Assembly (NCBI GenBank): GCA_013265495.1 | Contig: MU058714.1 | Coordinates: 1,056,001-1,120,000, forward strand | Reading direction: 5' to 3' | DNA: 64,000 nt | Source: Vicugna vicugna | Taxonomy: Eukaryota | Part shown: piece after piece, positions 55,378 through 64,000 of the stretch | Numbering within the stretch: the stretch's first letter is position 1 | Layout: every line of letters starts with the position of its first letter | The notes under the pieces: model-generated | What the model saw: only the letters and a program-made list of their open reading frames with translations | What the model was told of the DNA's origin: nothing | Database searches by the model: none | Translations under genes and position numbers: made by a program

Positions 55378-56264
55378 TGGGGGCTGACTTTTAAGGAAAC
55401 CGTGTCCCAGGGCCCAGGCCCCCCTGCCTGCCAGGGCCCTCCCCTTGGGCACCACCCAGCCCTGTGGCCTGGACAGTTTGTCCAAGAAAAGGCCTAACTG
55501 GGGGCCACGCCTGCACAGTGGAAGGGCCACCCGCTCTGTCTGCAAGCCCGGCCCCCAGGGGGGCTCCCGCGGCCACTTCTGTTTGTCTTCGCAGCACAGG
55601 GTTCCCACCTTGCAGTCAGCGGTTGGGCGGCTGCATCCGCTCTGCTCCACTCCACTCCACTCCGCTCCGGGAACCCGCCTTCCCGAGTCCCAGGCCGCCC
55701 CCTTCCCGTGACTGTCCTCAAAGCCAGCATCCCCTCTGGCCTCCGCCTGAAAAGGTCCTGGGCTGCTGGCCGGTGACTCCTGGGCCCTGGGGTGGCCGGA
55801 TCACTCTCCCTGTGGGGCTGGAGCCTTGTCTCCTGCAGGCATGTCCCTCACCTCCTGAAACGGCCCTCGATTCTAGATCAGATTCCGTGGCTGCCATCCC
55901 TGGACACCTCCCGATCTTGAGTGGGGACATTCCTGCCCACGTGGTCAGCAGGCCCTGCGTGTGGCTCCCCAGAGACAGCTTGGGTACCAGCTTCATCCCC
56001 GTGACAGGAAATGGGGCCCAGCAGACATCTTTACCCCAAGATCCCACGAAACGGGGTGTGGAGGGCAGGGTGGCGGGCGTGGGCACCGGCCCCGACAGGT
56101 GGACAGTGTCATCCCAGCTGAGGATGAGGGCAGTGCCCAGGGGAGGCTGGGTGGATGGGCTGTGACCAGGGGCTCAGGGCTGGGGCACGCGTGGAAGAGA
56201 GGGACCAGGACGCCGGAAGGAGGCTGACTACCGGCCCCTGGTCCCAGATCAGTGACCCCCCCCC

Positions 56265-57000
56265 GGGTTAGTCCCTGTGGCCACTGCAGCAAATCACCAC
56301 AGGTGTGTTGGAGTTCTCCTCCCGGTCCTGGAGATGTACAGCGTGCTTGAAAGGCCACGAAGGGGCAGTTTGGTTGCCTAGAGTTTTGATTACGTCATAT
56401 GCATGCCCCATGGGGATGAATCCAAGGTGTCAGCAAGGGTCCTCTGGAGCCTCCAGGGGAGAATCCGTCTTCCCACCTTTACCAGCTTCTAGAATCCACC
56501 TGCGCCCTTTGGTTCGTGGCCCCTTGCTCCTCCTTCAAAGCCAGCAAAGTGGGTGGAGTCTTTCTTTTATTGTAAACATACTTTTTTTATTGAAGCACAG
56601 TTTACGGTGCTGTCAGTTTCTGGTGCACAGCACAGTGCTTCAGTTACCCGTGAACATACATACATTTGTTTTCATATTCTTTTTCACCGCAAGTTACCAC
56701 TAGATACTGAATACAGTTCCCTGTGCTGTACGGTATGAACCTGCTGTTTATCTGTTTTAGAGGGTGCAGCCTTTCTCACAGGGCACCACTCTGACACTGA
56801 CTGTGCCCGCTCCCACGGTCAAGGACCCTGTGATGACACCAGCCCACGGACAGTCCAGGACAACCTCCGCCCCTCAGAGTTGGCCAATTGGCAACCTTAA
56901 TTCCATCTGCAACCTTAATCCCCTTTGCCACGTGACCTGACACGGTCACAGTCTCCAGGATTAGGATGGGGGCCCTGGGAGGCTTTATTCTGCTGACCAC
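56265..57000 (-). mobile_element. MaLR LTR (MLT1-like), split by a short L1 tail
   Basis: aaggtgtcagcaagg...ggggagaatccgtcttccc...cttctagaatccacctgc...ccttcaaagccagc...aaccttaattccatctgcaaccttaatccc...ccaggattaggatg...tattctgctgaccac. Confidence 0.8.
56566..56761 (-). mobile_element. Very short L1 3'-end insertion
   Basis: ttttattgaagcacagtt...tacagttccctgtgctgtac is the reverse complement of the 3' UTR type at 31050-31220; TSD gggtggagtctttct (56551-56565) and gggtgcagcctttct (56762-56776). Confidence 0.85.
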
Positions 57001-59249
57001 TCCCTCTGCCTACAAGCCCCCCACCAAGCAGAGCCACTAAGTGCCAGGGGATCCTTGGCCAAGAGGAGGTGAGTGGACGCTGGGTGGAAGGAAGATGTCT
57101 GTGCCCGCTCCCAGTGTTGGGTGTGGAGTTGGGAGGGGCTTGGTCATGGCCCGGCCCCCCAGAGCTATCTGTACAGGGGGCAGCGGCCCCCATGTCCCTG
57201 GGAAGGCCCCCAGGCCCCGGTGCGTGAGGGTGACTGCAGGGAGGTGGGTTCCCCCCACGGCGCCCGTTCCAAGGTGGGGAGGGGAGCCGTCACCATGGAA
57301 ACCCAGAGCCTGAGCAGCTGGAACTCCTGAATTAAATTACGGTTTGTTTTAAGCAGGAAGGATCCTGAGCGTTTCCTCGGCTGCACCCGGGGTGCTTCAG
57401 CAGAGAGAGTCATATTTTTCCTATTAGCATCATTTACTCTGTCACTGGGACTCGAGTACAAACCAAGTGGTCACAAACATGAGAGATGGACGGAGGCGGG
57501 AGCTGGCCACAGGAGAAACGCCGGGGCCAGGCCAGGCCCCCTCGCTCTCCCGGGCCCGGCCCCACACCCTCCACTAGCTGGCGCCGCGGGGCTGCCCTGA
57601 GGGGTCCGGAAAGGATCGCGTAGCTGCACCTCGCGGCCGGGGGGAGGTGGGCCACCCTCCGCCAGGCTCTGCTCCGCGTGTCGCCTGGAACCAGGAAGGC
57701 CCCTCCCGGGTCAGCAGCTTCAGCCCGGGGTCCCCTGAGACGCTTGTCTTCCCCTCAGCGCTGGCTCTGCGCTTCGGTGGGAGGGAGGGGCAAAGATGTG
57801 CTCACCCCGGGGGAGCCCCGCGTGCAGAGAGGGGCGGCGGCGGGGCCAGTCTCAGCGTGGGACCGGTGGTGTTGGGGGTGACACAGGCAAAGGCCAGGGC
57901 CCCAGCAGGCGCCCCTCTGGGATGGGGGGAAGGGGTGGAGGGGACGGCCTCTCAGAGCCCTTCAGTCGCAAGCTGGCTGAGGGTCCACGCGGCCTGAAGA
58001 GTAGCTGGTGCCTCATGCGAAGACGGGGCAGCACCAGGACAGGCGAGGGGGAGCGGAGGCCAGAAGGATGGCTGCTGGGACGGGCCCAGTTGTGTCCCCT
58101 ACCCTCAGGCTGAAGTCCGAGCCCCGCCCCCACCCCAGCACTGCCTCGGGGTGGGGCACGTCTGAGCAGCCCCTGCCATGTGCGGGGCAGACCACGGCCA
58201 GAGAGGACAGTGGTGCTGGGGAGCAGGGCAGGCAGAGGAGGTGGCTCCCCGCCCCTGATCGAGGGACCAGAGCAAGCAGGGACGGGATGGGAGGCCCAGT
58301 CCCGGAGGGGAGGGCAGAGGCCCCTGTGAGCCCGGTGGTCCTGGCAGGGGGCCCGGCCTCCAGGGTAAGGATGGGCTGCAGGAGAGTTGAAATTGGGCTC
58401 TGCTGGCAGCCCCAGAGCTAACTGGCTTCAGCGATCCTTGTGGAATTCCGCCCATCGCTCCCCGGCACCCCCAGCTGGAAGGCTCCCTAAGAGGCTGACT
58501 GCAGCCCCTGGACCTGTGTCTTGGGGTGAAGGTCTCCTTTGCCTGCACTGGTGGGGCCTGGCCTTTCCCTGGCTTCATGTCCCCACCCCCCTCCCCAGGC
58601 AGCAGGCACATCCTGAGCCCCCCAGCCCTGGTGGCTGACATGCAGCCATGGAGGGAGAGGTGCGCGGCACAGGAAGCCTCAGCCCCAGGCCCGCAGGGCC
58701 CTGGAAGTGTGCAGCTGGACAAGCGGCTGAGCATCGGGAACCCAGGTGGGGCAGCCAGCCCCTGACCCAGGTGCTGCCACACGTGCCAGAGGAGAGGCTG
58801 CAGCGAGAAGCTGAGGGGACGAGCCCCCACCCCAAGTGTGGGGCTGAAATCTGGGGGCACAGGTTCTGGGCCAGCAGAGCCCGCTGGTGGAGCCTCTCCT
58901 GCAGGAAACAAGACTGGGGGCTCCCAGAGAGGCTCCCCAGCTGTGGGGAGGGATTAGGGGTGCAGAGGGAGGGGTGGGGGGCCCACCCCTAGCTTGTCAT
59001 CGGTGCCCACTGTGCTCTGCCAGCAGGGGGAGCCCAGCCACGCGCAGGACACCCACCTCTGTGGCCTGGGGAGCCAGTGACCCCAGCTCCACAGGGAAGG
59101 TGGCAGCCACCAGCAAGTTCAACCAACACAAGGCAGACCCCACGTGGACTACCCACCCCGACACCCCTCCCCTCACGGCCCTGCCTCCAGTCAGCTGGCC
59201 CTGCCCCCACTGCTCCCACCAGGACGGCCCCTCACCTGCCACCATGACG

Positions 59250-59610
59250 CCTCCTCTCAACTGGGAGCAGCTGGAGCCACCTTTAAATCCAGGTTAGACC
59301 ACCCTCCCAGGTTGGGGCCAGCAGCCTCTGGGATCAGAAGCACGGCCCTGTGCCTGCCCCACATGCCCACCTGTCCCCTCCTCCCGCCCCACGCAGTCCG
59401 CTCACTGTCCCTGCCTGGAGAGCTCCTGAGATCGGATGCCTCTTCCTCAAGGAAGCCCTCCCTGATCCAATGTCCCACCACCTGCATCACAACACTGCGT
59501 TACCTTGTGATCTCTGCCACGTGCAGACCCCAAGGCAGCAGTGACCCCAGCACCCAGAGCAGGCAGGCAGGTGCTCAAGAAGCAGGTGGTGGTAGATGGG
59601 CGGATGAGGG
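59250..59610 (+). mobile_element. LINE-2 3' end relic
   Basis: cttcctcaaggaagccctccctga...ccccagcacccagagcagg...caggtgctcaagaagcaggtggtggtagatgg resembles the L2 terminus. Confidence 0.55.
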
Positions 59611-60648
59611 CGTGAGGGAAGGGCTGGACAGACGGATGACTTCTCCCAGCCAGGGCAGACCCCTGCAGGTCCTCCTCCACTCCACCGGGTCTTCTTGGAC
59701 CCACTGCCTCCTAGGGGGTCACTGCCTGTTGGTGCAGGGTGCTGGGATGTTGGGGTACCAGGTGGCCAGTGTGCTGGGGCCGGTGCTGGATGTGGGGTGC
59801 TGGGTGAGGGGGTGCCGGGGTGCCGGAACCAGTACCGCCCCCGCGCCGAGCCGGCTCACATCCCAGGCCCTGACACTGTTGCGCGGCTGCCAGGCTGTCC
59901 TGCAGCGCCACCTCGTGACCGCCGCGGGGCTCGCGGTTGCGCGACCGTAGCTCGGCTAAGCGTCCAGGAAGGTGGTCACCCCTGCGACCCTGCGCCCCTC
60001 CCCGTGGCCTCGCATCTCTTCTGCTCTCAAGCCTCCGAAAGATGTGTTTCAACTTTTGACCCAGCGTCTCCACTCACCTGAGTCACCAGGCGGCAGGGCC
60101 TTACCCCCCAGGGCCTCCGTACCCCCGTCGCTCCACAGCCCCTCCCTTACCGGCCTGTCTGAGCGCCCCCCCTCGCCACGACGTCCCCCAGCCCGGATGC
60201 CCGCCCTGGGGGTTCCCAGCGACCCGCACCCGGGGCTGCCCCAGCCGCGGTGCCCAGGTAGCATCCACGCAGCGGGTCCTCAGTGTCTTCAGCACCATTT
60301 CCTAGGCTCACACCCAACGCCTGGAACTTGGCCTGGAGTCCCCTGACTTCTTCCAGAATGTTCCTTGGCTCACCCCACCTTCTCTGCCCCTCTGTCACCA
60401 CCCCCTTGGTCGGACCCCCAGGACCCCTGACTCTCAGGACCCCTGACCAGGGCCCTGACAGCTCTTAACACGCCGCACGTGTACCCATGGCCGGCCCCCC
60501 ACCCCGAACCCCGACCAGGCATCGGCACAGCCCACGTGCCCACCAGCGGCTGGTCCCAGGACCCCGGTGGCTTGTGGCCCCAGAAAGTGCCAGTTTTGGA
60601 GGACATTCCCGCCACTCCACCCGCGAGCGCCCGCCCTCCCCTCTGAGG

Positions 60649-60744
60649 ATTGGCTCAGGTGCGTGCACGATGCCCGGGCTCAGCCAATCAGCCTCCTTAA
60701 CCCTCACGGCCACAGCTGATTGGCCCGGGTGGAAGCCAATCAGC
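60649..60744. promoter_or_regulatory. Cluster of four CCAAT (NF-Y-type) boxes, possibly an LTR16-like relic
   Basis: ATTGG 60649, CCAAT 60684, ATTGG 60719, CCAAT 60736. Confidence 0.45.
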
Positions 60745-61259
60745 ACCCTCGTCTGGGCGTGAGGTCCTGGAGGCCTGGGAAGGTGGGCGCCCTGCGGAGG
60801 CAACGGCCGAGCGGTGGACGGAGGAGGTGGACAGCAGCAGTGAGGGGCAGGGGGTCCCGGATGGCTTTCCATGCTGGTCACCACCGTGGCCCGCTTTGGT
60901 GGAGGTTCAGTTCCCGCCACGTGCTCCTCGCGCGCCTCCTGTGCGCACACCAGCGGCCGCCCTTGCACGCAGTCAGCGTGCCCCCGTGTGCACGTCAGGT
61001 AAGGGCCACCCGTCGTCGCCCTCCCTGGGACTCCAGGGCTAACTCCCATCAGACGCTAGGTTAATTTCCTCTGGTAGGAAGTGTTCCAAGGTGTGGACAG
61101 TGGAGGAGGCGGCCGACTGGGGCCCTTGCGAGTGCGCAGGTGGAGGCGGGGGTCACCGTCGCCAAGCGTCTCCTGCAAACCCGAGTCTCTGAAAGCTCGC
61201 ACGCCCCCAAGACCCAGTGACAGGACCATGACCTTCATTCCTGGAACCTGTCCGAGGGT

Positions 61260-62316
61260 TTGAAGTGCTGAATCTCTGTAATCAACACTTTCCTGCTTGA
61301 AATGCCCGGATGCTGGAGTCCTGACACCCCCCCCCCCAGTTCCTCAGAATGTGCCCTCACTTGCGGGAGGGTCTTTACAGAGGTCACTAGTGTGGGCTCT
61401 GATCCAACGTGACTATTGTCCTTATGAAAAGGGGAAATTTGGACACAGACACCCACACAGGGAGGCCACGATGGAGGCAGAGGCCACATGATGCTTCCAT
61501 TACCAAATAAAACTTGGGTCCACTTGCTGGTGCGCACTGAAGCCCAGGTGGTGGTGAAGGGAAGTGCAGCGTTCATTGCAGGGCGCCCTGCAAGGAGTCC
61601 AGGCGGCTGGCGCTCAGAAGGCCCCAGCTCCCTCAAGGCTTTCAGGGAAAGGATTTTAAAGACAGGGTAAGGGAGGGGGTGTGGGCTGTGTGATCAGATC
61701 GTGGACATGCTTCTGATTGGTCGGTGGTGAGGTCATCAGGAGTCAACATCATCAGCCTCCTGGTTCCAGCCGGTCTGGGGTCTCTGTGCTTGTGGGCAGC
61801 ACACAGTTAACTCCTCCCCACCCCTTTGGGTTTCAGTGTCTGCAAAACAGCTCAAAGGACATGGCTCAGAATATTATCTATAGGCCTTGAGAAGGAACTA
61901 AATGCCCTCGAATTTGTTTAGTGGCTGAACTGTTACCATTTTGTCTTGCTTGACTGTTTTCCTTTCTCTCTGCCTTTTCTCACTTCTCTGATGAAATGTA
62001 CTCTTTGGAACTCGAGAAGCCTAGGAGACTAAAGTTTTCCTACAGACAAAAGGTGGGCAGAGGACGTGGCAGGGGGGTCTGTCTCGGGAAGGCCCCACAG
62101 GGTCCTGCTCATTACACTTCCACGTGCTAGGGCTTGCGGGCAAACCACCAGAAGCTGGGAGAGAGGCAGGTTCTTCCTCACAGGCTCCGGAGAGCCAGCC
62201 CTGCCAACACCGGGATTTCAGCCTTCCAGCCTTCAGACCATGAGACACTAAGTTTCTATTGTCTAAGTGGCCCAGCCTGGGGGAACCTGTCACGACAGTC
62301 AGAGCAGACTAACACA
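61260..62316 (+). mobile_element. MaLR LTR (MLT1B/C-like), interrupted by an ERV1-type LTR
   Basis: cctcagaatgtg...gtccttatgaaaaggggaaatttggacacagac | caccagaagctgggagagagg...ccctgccaacacc...ttccagccttcaga...aagtttctattgtctaag...actaacaca. Confidence 0.85.
61498..62116 (-). mobile_element. Solo ERV1-type LTR (~619 bp) nested in an MLT1
   Basis: 4-bp TSD cttc (61494-61497 and 62117-62120); right end ...ttaCA; ctgattggtcggtggtgagg CCAAT region; left TG appears mutated to CA. Confidence 0.8.
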
Positions 62317-62499
62317 ATCTGAAAAACAGGGTCTGAGTGGCTGAGGGGTGCAACCACATGCTTTTCCATGATTGCCTGGATTCCATGAGAGCCGGGTTCT
62401 GGGAGCCCAAGCAGCTGCAAGGCAACATTCCGGGGGAAGTCAGGACCATGGGGCAGGCTGGGGGTTCCCGACTGCTCTGAGAAGATTTCATTTCTTAAA

Positions 62500-63600
62500 A
62501 TGACAAGCAAGTGGCTTAAGATTCTCAGTTCAAGGGAGAGTTAGGAGAGTAGGCGGGAGGCGGGACCCCCGTAAAAGGAAATCTGAGTACTTGCAGAGGG
62601 AACGTTGTGGCTGGAAATCATTGCCCATGTCTCATCCTGCGGGTTGTAAGATTACAGTGTAAATTGAATTCTCAGCCTCACCAGGTCAGAGCACTGAGTG
62701 TGAAAGAGTCAGATGGAGAAGGCCCAGGGGACTGACCTTGACCCCTATGCCTCCTGCATAATCCTGTTAAGCCTTGCCTTCTGGTGGAAGCCACCCTGCT
62801 CCCCGTCTGAGGCGGCCCCCCACCATGTGAAGCCCCCACCAAAAGCAGTTGCCTGCTAAGGGGACACGGCTTCTCTTCAAGACCTCACCCTGTGAGCCCT
62901 CCTTGTCTCCAGACCCATAGCTGCAGTGAGATCCTAGCTGACTCCAGGGAGGTGAGAACTCCATCACACCCCAAAGACTCCAGGATATCGCTGACCCTCA
63001 CCACACAGGTGCGTGATGCGGCCGACACTGGGCGAGCTGGACAGGGCCCAGGCACTTGAGACTCCGGGCCCTACTGTTTGCTTTCGTCTATAAGAAGATC
63101 CTTTGTACCTGGGAACTTGGACTTAACATGGCCCGGCTGAGATGCCAGCAATTCCCTGGTCTAATATAGAGGAAACCTGAAGGGCTGGGGCAGATAAGGA
63201 CCAGACATGAATGTATCAGGTGCAGCCTGCCCCTCGTTGAGTCCCCGAGCACACGCCCTGCACAGAGGCCTGGAGAAAGCCCTGGGTGAGGACCTCGGCT
63301 CCTTGAACAGCTCTCCAAGGTCTGCAGGCCCGGAATGAGAGTAGAGCTGCTGCTGTCCAGACAAGGCCTCTGATTTCTCCTGGGAACTGGGAGGGCTTGG
63401 CCCAGAGATAAGGTGGGCAGGTTCCAGGAAAGTGCAGCAAACTCTAAGCGGTCGTTATGATGGACAGTGCTAGGGGTACCCTTGGCCCCGGCCAACCGCA
63501 AACAACGGACAGTCTCAGAAAGCTGAAATTGACCATGAAGAAACAGCCCACGTCTGGCAAACAGAGATCCAATGTGAAGCACCTCAGTGGAGGGAGGGTG
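62500..63600 (+). mobile_element. Probable ERVL/MaLR internal (gag-like) relic
   Basis: gagtccccgagcacacgccctgcacagaggcctggagaaagccctgggtgagg...ccttgaacagctct resembles ERVL gag GPEDTPFTKALRNALVRG; lies directly 3' of the MLT1 LTR. Confidence 0.45.
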
Positions 63601-63701
63601 ACCTCTCGTCCAGTTCCAGGGTTGAACGGAGGGGAAGATGGGTTCCCTGTGAAGGATTCTGAGAAGTATTCCCTGCAGACCCTCCCCAAGGTGCCTACCT
63701 T

Positions 63702-64000
63702 TGTTCCAGTTACTACTGCTGCGTAACAAACCCCTCACCCTGAAACTTAATGGCTTAAAAAGACACCCACCATTTATCTGGCTCATGGATCTGCACGCAG
63801 GCGGAGTCTACAGGGAAGCTCATCCCTGCTCCGTGTGGCCCGGCCGACGGGGGACTGGAACTCCCCTAACAAGTCTGTGCACCCACCCAGCGGGCAGTGG
63901 TGCTGACCCTCCCCACGCAGGCCTCTCCAGGGGCAGCTGGCTCCTCTCACTTGGTGGCAAGTCCCAGGGGACAGCAGCCTTTTGTGACCTGGTCCTAGCA
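63702..64000 (-). mobile_element. MaLR LTR (older MLT1F-H-like), runs off the window
   Basis: tgttccagttactactgctgcgtaacaaac...cctgaaacttaatggcttaaaa...gctcatggatctg is a typical antisense MLT1 start. Confidence 0.7.

Noticed and set aside
53897..55392. TSD for the antisense L1 (ggagggctggccagccgctttt versus tgggggctgactttt)
   Set aside because: Only partial similarity with an indel; too degenerate to claim

Overview
GC-rich mammalian genomic DNA, probably from a camelid (inferred from Vic-1-like tRNA-derived SINEs). The + strand carries the 3' part of RPTOR (Raptor, the mTORC1 scaffold): 21 coding exons at 4532-52345. They correspond to human exons 14-34 (numbering recalled from memory), have GT-AG boundaries throughout and splice into an uninterrupted 2499-nt frame (832 aa plus TAG) covering HEAT/ARM repeats, the phospho-regulated linker and the WD40 propeller. 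A ~1.5 kb 3' UTR ends at an AATAAA at 53879. Introns and the 3' flank hold layered mobile elements: ancient, heavily GC-shifted L1M and L2 relics, younger L1s with TSDs, three SINEs, two solo ERV1-type LTRs with 4-bp TSDs, MaLR LTRs and a compound minisatellite. Most long ORFs in the track are by-products of high GC content. I found no convincing new biological system. The best leads are an apparent AT->GC (gBGC-like) drift that reaches Raptor regulatory residues (T700A, Y605C), an antisense L1 with a foreign 3' tail next to the RPTOR poly(A) site, an intact antisense solo LTR in intron 24, and several candidate regulatory or cryptic splicing elements.
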